This document shows, piece after piece, positions 13,501-26,260 of a DNA stretch of 64,000 nt; positions within the stretch are counted from its first letter, which is position 1, and every line of letters begins with the position of its first letter. The translations under genes were made by a program, and so were the position numbers. Location: the NCBI GenBank assembly GCA_951406725.2, contig OX597828.1, positions 60,326,001 through 60,390,000 on the forward strand, given 5' to 3'. The DNA is from Octopus vulgaris (Eukaryota). The notes under the pieces are model-generated. The model made no database searches. It saw only the letters and a list, made by a program, of their open reading frames with translations, and had not been told where the DNA came from.

Positions 13501-13554
13501 CGGGTAGGCAAGCAAAAGTGTGATCACATATTTGCGTCAACCGTTGTCAAGGGG
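10512..13554 (-). mobile_element. near full-length piggyBac (PGBD4-like) transposon, decayed
   Basis: ttaa-CCCCTTGAC...GTCAAGGGG-ttag termini; DKLHKLRPIVD..ISTDESL, YNRAMSGVDRSDQ, C-terminal CVVC..CLDC..C..PCF..YH Cys-rich domain; frameshifted; SINE inserted at ~11038..11594. Confidence 0.92.
11038..11594 (+). mobile_element. non-autonomous RTE 3' derivative with ~60-bp tandem repeats and (GAT)n tail
   Basis: About five copies of caccatccgagcgtggcc...ggcacctgtgtcggtggcacataaaa then the RTE tail; explains the repetitive ORFs on both strands. Confidence 0.85.
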
Positions 13555-15293
13555 TTAGAAGCCTGGCATCTAAGAATTTTTTACTGGCTGTGCAAACTAG
13601 TTGTGAAGGTTCAATTTATGTCATTGTACAACTAAATGCCTAATTTCTACTGCTTTTTCTGGAGTACTGCTCACGAATTTATTTTTGTTGATCTAGGATT
13701 ATTTTAAACAGTTTTCAGGATTATTATATCTGAAAAAAAATTTAATGTTTAAGATTGACAGTTTCTGAATATTGTGTATATAGATTAGAAGTTACTAATT
13801 TTATAAGATGTGCATGCATAATTTCAAGCATTCTATATATACATTTACGATTATGATGTTTATGAAAAATATCCATGGAAGTCACCAATGACTCAGTTGC
13901 TGAGATAAGAAACAACCAGCTGAAGAATACTTTGGTAATTTCTTGACAGTGTTATGTTCCCTTAATAGTCTAATCGATCTTATAAGATATATGCACCACA
14001 GAATAGTATAGGTTACTGTTAACAACTATTTTGCTTGCTTAAAGTGTTGAGATCATCCCACCCCCACCCCTACAGCTCTTGTTAGAGGGGACTGCACTGT
14101 CTTCATCAGTACACCTTTTAGCACTTGTGTAGATGTGCATACGTGTGTATCTTTGCATACATGTACATATGAGTATGTGAATATATGCGACACTTGCTCT
14201 GGTGATTATCTCAACTTATTGGGAACATATAGGTAGTATCAAAACGTTCTCTTATTATAAAAGCAGATTTTATCTGCCTCCCTTTGTCTCTTATAGAAAT
14301 CTACAATATAGGATTTCTTCAATTACAATTTACCTAGCACTTTTAAGAGTAGAATGCATCGGGTCGTGCCAGGTCCAGTTTTTAAAATTTCAACCCCAAT
14401 TAAGCAAAATTTAGAGAAAACTCACATTGTGGTGTGTGAGTCAAGTGCTTTTCTTAGTGTGGGCTATAGCACACGCACACACACACACACACAAAAAGGG
14501 AGCGATCTGATTCACTCACGCTATCACTCTAATTTCTACGACTTTCTCTTTGCAAGTTTGCAACGATTAAAGTGAAACTATTTGGATAAAACGAGAGAAG
14601 TGTACCTTAAACCACTACTAAAAAAAAAAACACAGCAAACAGAAACAAATAAATACATAACGATTTACTCCTCACACAATTTCTTCAATTAGAGTTTACC
14701 CATGATTTTTCAAAGTACTTCCATTGGGTCATGCCATACAAAATTTCTTTCAATTTTACCCCCAATTATGACAAAATTCGAGAAAACTCAATATTTTAAC
14801 ATTTCACTCCGAAAGCATTGATGTACATGTGTGCGTGCGTGAGTGTGTGTGTGTCATTCCTCACACACACGCATACACATACATATATGACAGTGACAAA
14901 CACAAACGTTTCAAATAACTACATACAAACACGTGTGTGTTTGTTATTAGTAAAAAAGGCGCCAAAACACAACTCACTTCTCATTCCAACACATTTGCAA
15001 AGACACACGGACGGTCGAATTGCTATAACAATACAGAAAAGGTAAATTGGTTTTTATTTTACTTTCTGTCGTTAAATTTTGGTAGTATTATTTGGCGAGC
15101 CGAGCTTGCAGTATGAAACAGTATTTATGTATAAACAGACGACACTTATATATAGTTATTAATAAATGTATGCATCCGTTTAAAAGAAAAACCAAAAGAT
15201 ATTTTATTCTTTATAAATGTTGTGTTCAAAATAACATTTTCTTTTAAGAATGTGTATATAACAAAGTATGTGTATATAACTACGTGGCTTATA

Positions 15294-15679
15294 TCTTTAT
15301 ATAAAAGTGAAGTTGTGTGTCTGTCTCCTACGATTTAGATTCCTAACTACTCCCACATTTTGCGGTGCAGTGTAACCAAAACCGGGTATCTTATAGTCGT
15401 GATTCATATCGAGCCCTTCTGGGTATTAGCGTGCGTCTACGATTTAAAAAAAATTTACCATCATATTTTTCCATTTTAATGCATTTTTTTCACTATTATA
15501 TAAGGGAAGTAACTCTCTAAAAATATCTACGATGTGTCAACGATTAAAAAAAAAAATTTACCTTAATTTTTTTCCCATTTTTAATGCATTTTTTTGCTAT
15601 TTTTTGGCTATAACTCTCTAAAAATGCTTATATAGTTATTTCCCTTACAAACCCAAGCAACGTCGGGCGATACTGCTAG
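15294..15679 (+). mobile_element. non-autonomous Helitron
   Basis: A|TCtttatataaaagtg...gtctgtct start; ccc-aagcaacgtc-ggg hairpin then CTAG|T end. Confidence 0.8.
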
Positions 15680-15689
15680 TGTTTAATAA

Positions 15690-16935
15690 AAAATAACTTT
15701 ACCTAAGTTTTAACACGATCTCCTTCGAAATAGTTATCTTGCACAGCAGTACACCAGTCCCAGCATTTCTTCCACTTTCAGAATCCAGCCTGGAAGTTGT
15801 TTTCTGTAAGCAAGTCGAGGACCTTCTGTGATTTGCTCTTGATCTCAACAGTGGTGTGAAAATGGTGATCTTTGAGCTGCATTTGCATTTTGGGGAAGAG
15901 ATGGAAGTTCACAGGGGCTAAATCTGGTGAATAGGGTGGGTACAGAAGTGATGCCAAGTTGTTTTTGGTGAGAAACTCATGAGTGAGGAGAGGTTGGTGA
16001 CAGGGTGCATTGTCACTGTGAAGAATCTAGTTCTTCATGTTCCACAGATCTGGTTGCTTTCACCAAATGTCCTCCCTCAAACACTTCAAAACATTGCTGT
16101 AGGTAGTGCACACCTCTTTATGCAAGGCATCTGCAATTACAGTCTAGCCCTGGGGGATGAATTCTCAATGCACAATATCACTGATGTCAAAAAAAAAAAA
16201 TCAATGTGCATGCTCTTGATTGAGCTGAAACTCTGTCATGCCTTTTTGATCATGGAGAAGAAGAGCTCTTCTCCTGTGACGACTGCTGCTTTGTCTGAGG
16301 GTCATACCTGTAGACCCAGCTTTCATCACCGGTGATGATACTCAACATGAAGGATGGGTCATCAGTGGTACGCTGATGGAGATCTTGACAGATTTCAACA
16401 CACCACATGTTCAGTTCAGACATTAGTATTGCCTGCACAGGCCCATACGACAGACCCACACAACATCAACAATGTCGTTGATTGTTCTCCAACAATCCTC
16501 ATTCAGAAGCTGATGAATTTTCTCCACATTTCCAGGGATGATGCTCATGGCAAGTCTTCCAGATCACTCATCATCTTCCAAAGATATTCTTCTGCTTTTG
16601 AAGTGCCCATGCCACTCAAAACATCTTATACCACCCATTGCCTCATCACTAAACTTTTTGAAGCTCAGTGTCTCTGTAGCAGACTTCACAAGTTTAATGC
16701 AAAATTTCATGTTGGCTCTTTGTTCCAACTTCCTGTCCATGACAAAATTACAGAGTACAGCATACATGTGATCACAAAAACACAAATTTCACAATTTGCG
16801 ATGTAAACACAATGATGTCACTTGACACACTGTCTCATTAAGGTCACTGCTAGCTCTTACTGCACATGCAACTGTGAGCTACCATCTGTTGGCACGCTAC
16901 AGTACTAGTCCAGGAACTTTTTGATGCCACCTCAC
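15690..16935 (-). mobile_element. mariner transposon relic
   Basis: MDRKLEQRANMKFCIKLVKSATET, IITGDESWVYRYDPQTKQQSSQ, C-terminal WDWC..QDNYFEGD; 5' TIR agtccaggaactttttgatgccacctc. Confidence 0.9.
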
Positions 16936-17114
16936 ATGATAATGAACTAGACTCTCAAGACACTTTGGATATACAAATCACTTGCTCTCTGAATTAGATA
17001 CATTTTATGAGCATTAGATGCACAATTGGTGATTATTGTTAAATGCTAAAAATTTTTCAACAAGATTTTTGTCATTATTTCGTATCTGTTGTAACTCATA
17101 TAGTATAATTGCAG

Positions 17115-17262
17115 GGGACACACTGAAGGCAATACACTTATGGATGAAGAAATGGGTTTATCACCTTTGGCCCGCTATCGCCGACTTCTTTTCCCCGTCC
17201 TCAAAGTCTGTTTAGCTATCATTTCTTCAGTTGGAGTAGAAAACTGCAATGCAGCCAAAGAG
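17115..17262 (+). CDS. NUP205: NUP205 coding exon
   Basis: tgcag|..|gtagtg; SPLARYRRLLFPVLKVCLAIISS...AAKE (cf. TPVDRYRQILLPALQLCQVILTS). Confidence 0.92.
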
Positions 17263-17555
17263 GTAGTGTATTCCAATTTCCGTTAACTTTCAGCATTTCT
17301 TTTGTAGATGAACTTCTGATGGTTATTGCTTGCATACTTTTTTTAAGTGTAATTTGGTCTGTCAGTACCTCAGTTCTGTTTTTTTTTTTTTTGTCCAACT
17401 TTATTGAAAATGAAAATAATTTTTTTCTTTAATAACATCCTTTAGTAGTCCACCAAAACCATTATGAATGACAATGAAGACAATAGTATTATTCATAATG
17501 ACTATCAAATCAAAAAGCTATAAATATTAGTAATGGCAATAATATTCCAAATCCT

Positions 17556-17720
17556 CATCATCATTTAATGATTGTGTTCCATGCTGGTTTGGTTTGGGCA
17601 TTTTAACAGGATCCAACCAGCATCAGGGCTGTCTTGGTCTCCAGTGTATGCTTTGGCAGCTGAATACCCTTCTTAATGCCAACCACTTTACAGTGTGTAC
17701 TGGATGCTCTTTTCTTGGTA
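17556..17720 (-). mobile_element. RTE-tail SINE fragment
   Basis: (ATC)n then ttccatgctgg...cccttcttaatgccaaccac. Confidence 0.65.
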
Positions 17721-17769
17721 CCTGTACTAGTGAGCTCACCAAATAACTTGTATGACCTCTCGACAAAGT

Positions 17770-18143
17770 AAAATTGCCATATTGAAGGAGACAACTATTT
17801 GTGGAAGGGGTAGGCCCCGGAAGACGTGGGATGAAGTAGTGAGAAAAGTTATCTGAGTGCTGGGCCTTACTGAGGAAATGACAAGGGACCAGGTCTGGCG
17901 ATTTGCTGTACTTGAAAAGGGACGTCAAGCTAAGAAAAATCGCTGTCCTTCGTACATGCAGGCTTGTCCTTTCAGATGCCAGTGCCACATAAAAGCACTC
18001 ATTGTTGCATGAATGCACCTGTGCTGTTAAGCACACTGTTAAGTGGTTGGCATTAGGAAGGGCATCCAGCTATAGGAACTATGTCACAACAGACAATTAG
18101 AGTCTCGCCAGCATAGAAAACATATTAAATGATGATGATGATA
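17770..18143 (+). mobile_element. RTE 3' end fragment with tail
   Basis: RGRPRKTWDEVVR-like peptide, then ggttggcattaggaagggcatccagc...(GAT)n. Confidence 0.75.
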
Positions 18144-19006
18144 TATGCAAGTGTATGTGGTTATGTATGTGTGTTTAGTCTTGAAAGACTCTGAAATGGT
18201 GAATCTTTGAGAAAAACGAATTTGATTTTTGAAATCTGTATCCCAAAAACAGTGTTGTCCATAAATAATAAAAAATTTGCTATGAGAAATAACTCAACTT
18301 TTAGATCTACAAATCTCACATACTCTTTTTGTCACCATCAATCTATCTTTTTTTTAAAAAAATGCTGTTTTTCACTTCTTCATCAATTTGCTATACTCTT
18401 TGTTACACACACTCTCTCTCTCTCTACTCTCACACATTACTTTCATTTTGTTTAAAACTGTGTTTTCTAATGTTTACTTTCATTTTATGGCAGCCATCAT
18501 GAACAAATCCTGTTTTCTGATTAGATGAAAATGATCAAACTTTAAACATCTTCCTAAAATTTTTCAGGAATAAACGAACAACTAACTCAGATTTAGTGTG
18601 AAAATGTACATCAATATGCATAATTTGAAAATTTTCTCTTAATTTTAAAATTTCAAAATCTGTAACTGCAGCAGAAAAGATCTCTCTCTATATATATTTG
18701 TCATTCATATATATATATATATCTCATTCATTTTCCCATGGTAAACTTTCTCACTCTATAGCATATCGCTCATGTTGAATATGTGTATGTTTGTCAGTGT
18801 GTATATATGCATGTGTGTAAGGAATTTCATTACGGTGACAGCAGGATTTTAAAAAGGTATGTTGAAGACAATTTATTTAAATAGCATACCTTTCTGTTAG
18901 TAAATATGTTTTTTCTTACACACACATACAGATACACACAAATGAACTTACTTGGTGCAGGATGGGGTTTAAAAATTTAAATAAAATTTTTTTTGTTTTT
19001 ACTTAA

Positions 19007-19545
19007 CCCTTTAGTGTTCAGATTATTCTGTCAAGTCATCATCATCATTGTTTAACGTCTGCTTTCTATGCTAGCATGGGTTGGATGATTTGACTGAGGA
19101 CTGGCGAACCAGATGGCTGCACCAGGATCCAGTCTTGATCTGGCACAGTTTCTACAGCTGGATGCCCTTTCTACAGCTGGATGCCAACCTCTCCGAGAGT
19201 GTAGTGTGTGCTTTTACGTGCCACCGGCACGAGGGCTAGTCAGGCAGTACTGGCAACGGCCACTCTCAAATGGTGTTTTTTTACATGCCACCTGCACAGG
19301 AGCCAGTCCAGCGGCACTGGCAACGACCTCGCTCGAATGTTTTTTCACATAAAGCTTATTATTAATTCAGATTGTTTTGAATTAATCAAGCATTATTTTG
19401 TTACTTTGAGAGTTTGATGATGTGATTGTTAATTTTTAGAATGACGCTAAAGGGTAGATGAGGGAGAGCCAGATCTGACCAGTTTGAACATAAATCAGGT
19501 AGAATTATTTGGCCAGATGTGGCCGGTTTAAGTGCTAAAGGCTTA
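19007..19545. mobile_element. piggyBac-like MITE containing an RTE-tail SINE (19036..19347, minus strand)
   Basis: ttaa-ccctttag ... ctaaaggc-ttaa; nested (ATC)n-led SINE. Confidence 0.75.
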
Positions 19546-20202
19546 AACCCCAGCAATGGACTACTACATCATCATTCCATAAAATGTATTTATGATGAGA
19601 AAAACATTGAAAAACATCAATACATGTCAGAGTGGTGAAGAAATAAGGAAGGTGACAGGTGGTCATGGGATGTGTTAGAAAAACACAGCTAAATCTCCCT
19701 TAAGTCACACACCTGTTTGTGTGAAAATTATTTTGAAATTATAAACAGAAATAAATTGCAGATTCAGACTGTCTGTATTTTAAAACTATGATTAAACAAA
19801 ACTTGGGAAAAAAACCCAGAATTTATGGATGGGATTAAATGAAAAAATTAAAAAAGATTTCACTATTGTTTTTAAATTATGTTTCATTTTCTGTTTGAAA
19901 ATAAAGGCAGTGGGTATTATAACAGTGATTGCTTGCTGTTACTATTATTTATATGTTAACGATTTATCACATTTATTCTTTAAAAAATATACTTCACTAT
20001 TTAAAAAATTACATTTATTTCTTTTCTGTCTGTCTGTCTCTCTCTCTTTCATAAAGCACTTCAAAATATTTAATTTTAACCTATTGTTAAAATAATACTG
20101 CTTGAAGATGTTGAATTGCTGAAACTAAATAATCTGCGATAAAAGAGGAAGTTAGATGAAAATTTATCTTTTATTAAATGTTTGTTGTTCTTGTTCATTT
20201 AG

Positions 20203-20335
20203 ATACTCATCTTTATTGTTTCCCATGGAGATGTGTTTCATGGCATTTTGAGAGATCGCCACAGCTTGCATGATTTAGGTGCTCTACAGGAGCTGGAACT
20301 GGCAACAGCTGTCATCAGTAAAGTTGCTGTACATG
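20203..20335 (+). CDS. NUP205: NUP205 coding exon
   Basis: tttag|..|gtatgt; ILIFIVSHGDVFHGILR...GALQELELATAVISKVA (cf. LQFLISHSDTIQAILR...GSLQELALLTGIISKAA). Confidence 0.92.
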
Positions 20336-21329
20336 GTATGTAGATGAAAATGTTTCTTCTGAGAAGTTTACTTTAAAGGATTTCCTGTTTTTCATTCTTT
20401 CCAGAAGTCAATAATGAATTATTCAAGCATTTCCTTATAAACCATCTTTTGTTCATATTTACATTTTCTTTTGCACTCTATGATTTGATACAGATAAACA
20501 AATACCAAATGACTTCTTACTAATTCTTATCTTTAATAGACAATAAGAGTTATGACATTGAAATACTTTATTCAACCAAATTTTCTCATTTTAGCAACTT
20601 AAATATACTTTATACACTCCACTTTCTTTTTCTTGTCTTCTCTATTCCAACTCCTATATGGCATACTTTTTCTAAACTCTCTTCACCTAAATTGCTTCAT
20701 ACAGACTATTTTTTTCACTTTTATTTCCTGCTTCTAATCTACAACACTTCATATTTAAACAGATTTTCTCCAATGTTGCAAGCCCTTAAAAGTCTACGGA
20801 CCTAGTTTTTCCTTCTCAGTACTTATTGATTATAGTAACTGCTAATTACTATATAAAATTTCCTGATAAACTACTTAGCACTAATTTTTATAGATCAAAC
20901 CTAAGGGCACATAAGTTGTTGACAAAAGGACCTGGTGTAATCCATGGATCTATTGTTCCATGTTTCTCACAGATGACTATACATCGCTCACTGATATGCT
21001 ATAGTTAATTGCATCTGTTGTAAACTGGACATGTGGTATCCTCTCCACGATTTGTTTGTATGGCTGTAGATTCTGGTTGTAGCCATAGCAGAAGCATATT
21101 TGTACAAATATAAACGTCCACTGACATACAAGCATGCACGCGCACACACACACATGCACACATGGACGCTAGTGTGGCTGTGTGGTAACAAGCACACAGT
21201 ATAAAATCTGAATAAACTGAAGGATGGTGAAATGTATAACTTCAGACAAACACTCCAGGAATTGAAAGCAGAACCAAACTTTCATATGGAAAGAAAAAAA
21301 GCAGAGAGATAGAGAGAGGGAACAGAGCT

Positions 21330-21800
21330 GTGGAAAACATAAAATAAAACCCTAAATTTGCAAAGGAAACAGCCACAATGCAGTACAAAGTAGGATCATT
21401 GTTACAAGGGAATTTCTTACTGAGCACAGACCCCCAAAATGGTGAGTGAACTGCTCAGGAAACAGTTCAAAAGTGTATTCCCCTCCCTACTGGGACACCC
21501 AGCTGAGTTCTTTGACATTACAGCTTTGCAGAGGAAGGAGGTAACTATTAATCACATCAACATTGAGAAAGCAGTTTGTAACAGCAGCTGTAGATTAAAC
21601 AGGTGCCAGTGGTTTCTCAGCTATTCTCTTGAAGTCATGTAACTAGGTTCAGCAAAATCACATCAGATACTCTTCCAAATTCTCCTTACAATGGTAAACC
21701 TCCTGAAAACCTAAACAAAGGTATCATTATATATATATATGCTATTCATAAAGGTAGAGCAGAGGCTAAAAGCTACAGGCCCATCTCTCTGATTTCACAT
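21330..21800 (+). mobile_element. CR1/Jockey-group LINE fragment
   Basis: DPKMVSELLRKQFKSVF and YRPISLISHI pre-RT motifs. Confidence 0.6.
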
Positions 21801-21809
21801 ATCAACAAT

Positions 21810-23560
21810 GAAACTTCAGAATGAAACTAACATTCCTCGAAAAAAATAACTTGCTGAACAATACTCAAAGAAGATTTCGATAACGAAAGTGAAGAAAATG
21901 AAAGTGATGGAAATGATAGTGTAAACAAGGCAACATGGTCGAAAATTACAACACCAGTCACAATTTCTGATTTTACTGAAAACACTGGTCCACAACACAA
22001 TTTACCTCCTGATGCTCAACCACTGGATTATCTATTTTTATTTTTGCCTGAAAGTTTTTTTGAAAATGTTGCGGAGCAAACGAACAAATATGCGCAACAT
22101 TTAATTTCTGTTCGTGGAAGAAGCGATCCACTATGGCAGCCAACTAATACTGCGGAAATGAGAGCATTTTTTATGATTAACATTATGTTTGGAGTTAAAC
22201 AGCTTCCTCGACTGTGGAACTATTGGGGTCCCGATATAAGGTATGGCGACCCATATATTTCGAGCATCATGTCGAAGACGAGGTATTCGAAAATATCTCA
22301 GTATTTACATTTAACTGATTCTTCCAATGCCCCCAACAAAAACGACCCAAACTACGATCCCCTGTACAAAGTACGTACCGTGATAGATTTACTTGTAAAT
22401 AATTATAAAACTATTTATTTACCTGGAAAAAATCTCAGTGTAGATGAAGCCATGATAGGATTTAAGGGCAGAGTACATTTTTGGCAGTACATGCCTGCCA
22501 AACCTACTAAATGGGGGATCAAGGTATGGGAAGCTTGTGAATCGGAGACAGGATACTGTGTAAACTTCGATGTTTACACAGGTAAGAAGTATAATGGGAA
22601 AAGACCGCATGGATTGGGACATGATGTTGTATGGTCCCCTTACACAACCTTTTCACCATCAGCACCGACACCTCTATTTTGATCGTTTTTTTTCTTCAGT
22701 GGCTTTGGCTGAAAATCTTGCCCGTAAGCACTTACATGTGCAGCACTGTTATGGGAAACCGTAAAAGTTTACCCGATGAAATAAAAACCAAATAAAAAAA
22801 AAAGAGGGGACATTTTGCAAATGCAAAAACAAAATTTATTAGTTACTGCATTTAAAGACAAAAGACAGATTTTATTTCTGTCTTCTAACGAACAACCTGG
22901 TGTTGGGGCTGAGGAGAAACCCCTCGTGAATATTTGTTACAATAAATATATGGGTGGGGTAGACAAATCCGACCAATATTGGGCATATTACCCAGTTGGT
23001 CGACCTGGGAAGAAATGGTGGAGGTACATTTTGTGGTTTTTAGTTAATTTAACTATAGTAACTGCACACATTGTATACGTAAAAAGCCACAAAGTACCTC
23101 CGCCACCGAAAGATTACGACCACTTGAAATTTCGGGTTGACATCGCATCTCAGTTACGTGGGGGCTTTTCTTCTAGAAAGCACAGAACTGGGAGAAGAGC
23201 AAAATTAACTGAGGTGGATGTCAACAGAGAAAATATTGACTTTCATCAAGTGGAAAAAATAAATGGAAGGAAAAAAGTTTGCAGACTGTGTTCGCAGCAA
23301 AAAAGAAAAACTGCGAAAGGGTACCAGATCGAGGCTTCATACATGTGTTTGTTTTGCCAAGTGCCCTTGTGTAAAAGGGTGCTTTGGACAATTTCACTAC
23401 AGAAATATGCCATGAATGTATAATTTTGCATATTCCTTTTAGTTTTATAATATAATATGTGAAAGTGAGAACTACATATTAATTTTCAGTATGTTACACA
23501 CCTGTATTCACCTTTGACTCACCTGTTAATTTTTTTATTAGATGCATTCTGTTATGTGAA
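21810..23560 (+). mobile_element. piggyBac (PGBD4-like) transposase, frameshifted, no clear TIRs
   Basis: DPLYKVRTVID, LSVDEAMIGFKGR..YMPAKPTKWGIKVW, LYFDRFFSS, YNKYMGGVDKSDQ, C-terminal CRLC..CLFCQVPLC. Confidence 0.92.
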
Positions 23561-23639
23561 TGAATTCGTTAAATTGTATAAGAGTGCATAGCCAATGGTA
23601 TATTGACTAGTAAAAGAGTTTTGTACTTTCTTTTCAATG

Positions 23640-23910
23640 ATGTAGCTAGTTAAATCTAGAATGGCCTGTAGAGTTGCCGATTGCTTCAAATCAGGATCCA
23701 ACAAACTGCTACTGGAGACAAAGAAGGAGAGACAGCAGCATCTGTGCTGCCAGTTTACTCTAATATCTTGTTGGCTGAAGAAACCAATTGATCCACTGAA
23801 CTGACCTCCATCATAGGGGTGAGGATGGCATTGTCCTCAGATGATACTTCAGTAAGTTCCCACATCCTACGAAGGAGTTGGGTTGGCATCAGGTCGCAAA
23901 GTCCTATGGA
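23640..23910 (-). mobile_element. Gypsy gag relic
   Basis: Minus strand reads LCDLMPTQLLRRMWEL...VDQLVSSANKILE, resembling the LGDRKPSQLLRRM..L...ADKI gag motif. Confidence 0.55.
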
Positions 23911-24877
23911 GAACTTCATTCTTTATGGAAAAATAAGATGCATCTTATTTTTTTTGGTAAATATTTCTGAAAGAAATATTTAAACGTTTGGGTCATCAAT
24001 GTAACAGTAAAGCCAGTGGGACATTACTAATGTAGGTAAGGTCAATGTGACAGTAAAGTTGCATTGCAAATGTCCAGTGCGTGTTCTTTTGTAAAGCAGG
24101 AGAAATAATATCAGAAGGCAATTTAAATTATGACATTGTAATTTATTTGGTAACGAAGAAATGCTAGCAAGTAAGCAAAATATGTGTCCTGTATGTGTAT
24201 GTATGTGAGTCAAGGAAGCCAGGTAAGTTACATTCGAAAAGAATACCTTAGTGGTAAGTTGCAATAAGCTAGCAGTTGGAAGCTATTATGTGTTAGCTGG
24301 GACAAGAAGTAATCTCATTGTTACAGGTAGTGATGTGTTGTTAAGGACTGACAGTAACATTACTTGCAAAGTGAATTGGATATAAATGCAATAGGATGTC
24401 CATGGAGTGGTTGGTGTGGATAGCTTAAAATAATCAGTAGTTTACTGTGCTAAGTTGATGAAACAAACAAGCTGTTCATATTTAAGAAATACTGTTAGAC
24501 ATCAGCATCTTTTCAATGACTGACCAAGAATAGCTGTTACTTGTGATGAAATTGTCTGATAACTAACTAAAGGCATGATTACTGCTGGACAGATGCCTAC
24601 TGTTTGTATTAAATACAAGGCAAGCTCTGATCAACTGAAGTTGCCATAGCATGACCGTGCTAATATGCGACGACAAAATAGAACTTCCTTGACTAACTAC
24701 AAACATTAGGCCATATGCCTTCATAATTGAATTACGCATTGTAAATGCTGCTTGTTTTCAGCTTAGTAGTTGTTATTTATGATAGTTTCCATCATCAGAA
24801 GAACACTTGAGTTTTACAGTTGTACTGCAAAAGCTTTTATTTTTCATGTTTTAAAGTACACATTCTATTATTTTCAG

Positions 24878-25141
24878 CTGAAGCAAAAAATTCGAATTTA
24901 GAAAGTAATGTGGGAGTGATGACTTCAATGGAATTTTATAGCCAAGTGAGCCGCATTCAAAGGGAAATGCTTGGACTACTTCAACGTTTTGTTTTGACTG
25001 AGAAAGTGCTGAAAGTTTTTCAAAACCTTGACACTAAGCTGACTGTTGATGGTAATGATATCAGAGCTGACATTTCTCTTACCTATAAAAAGGTGATGAC
25101 CAATGCTGTAGCTTATTGTCGTTTGCTCATCACAAAATCCA
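24878..25141 (+). CDS. NUP205: NUP205 coding exon
   Basis: ttcag|..|gtaaga; MEFYSQVSRIQREMLGLLQRF...NAVAYCRLLITKS (cf. MELQGHIGRFQRQCLGLLSRF...NVMEYCQSL). Confidence 0.92.
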
Positions 25142-25698
25142 GTAAGAGCGCTTATTTTTTTGTTTATATATTATTTATCTTAAAAGTCTACACTATCCCA
25201 GTTTCTCCTATTTTACTTAGAAATGTTTCTTTTAGTTGATTGTCACCCAATAAATATTGTATTTTTTCCAGGTTTTTTTAACCTAAAAATTATGTTTACA
25301 CATACATGTGAACTAATTGTTACCCTTTTTTGGGATGGCTTAAATTATGTTTAGCATCTAAGCTAGCTGATGTTTAATGAAGACCTACAACCACTATAAT
25401 AATTTTACATTTTTCTATGATAGTGATCCTATAATGAATGTCCATTGTATCTCCTACATGTGACTGTAAGGTCATATTGCTTAAAGTTGCTTACTATTTT
25501 ACTAGTTCATCAAAATAATTCACAAAATATGTAAGACCAAAACTGAAGCAGTAAAATGAGGAAATGTACATATGCCATGTGTCTCAGTTTGTGAATATAT
25601 GCTGCTACAAGAAGTTTTACTTCTTGAAATTTTTTATTTGTGTTTCATTTCCCATTATTGCCTGTTATATTTTAAATTACATGGAAATTACTCTACAT

Positions 25699-25699
<1 letters not shown>

Positions 25700-25765
<66 letters not shown>

Positions 25766-25766
25766 A
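25700..25766. repeat. (TG)n microsatellite
   Basis: Direct inspection. Confidence 0.95.
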
Positions 25767-26260
25767 TAAGGAAAAATAAGAAAATGGAGATAAAATTGAT
25801 AATTGATAAACATCAATTATTATTGATTGCAAAAAAAGACAATATCTCATCTAACAGCTATTTCTGTTCGTGCTCAATAAAATTGTCCAAATTTTAGATT
25901 CATCTTTGAACCTTTGTATCTCAGGAATGCTTATTTATTCACATTGTTTTGAATTAATTATGTATCATCTTTCAGCTTTGAGATTTTCATGATGTGATTG
26001 CTTGTTTTTAGGACATTGTAGGGTAAATTTGAGTGGTTGCATCTGGCTGGTTTGAGCACAAGACAGGGAGAATATATAGGCTGGATATGGCTGGTTTGAA
26101 TGCTAAAGGGTTTGAATGATAACTTAATGGAATTATCAGAGGTTTTTTTTAACACTATTGGACTCTACTTTGAGCAAGAAAAATGTTGATTACTCTCCTA
26201 GCTCACCAGAAGAATCATGACGAAGTTGTTCATGGATGAAAATGACATTTTCATAAATAA

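Noticed and set aside
14245-15110. Possible further Helitron (TC..tataaaag start, internal ~40-bp duplication at ~14386 and ~14752)
   Set aside because: No convincing hairpin plus CTAG 3' end; left unannotated.
20095-20150. Hammerhead-like ttgaaga...gaaact
   Set aside because: Core is mutated and the stems do not pair convincingly.
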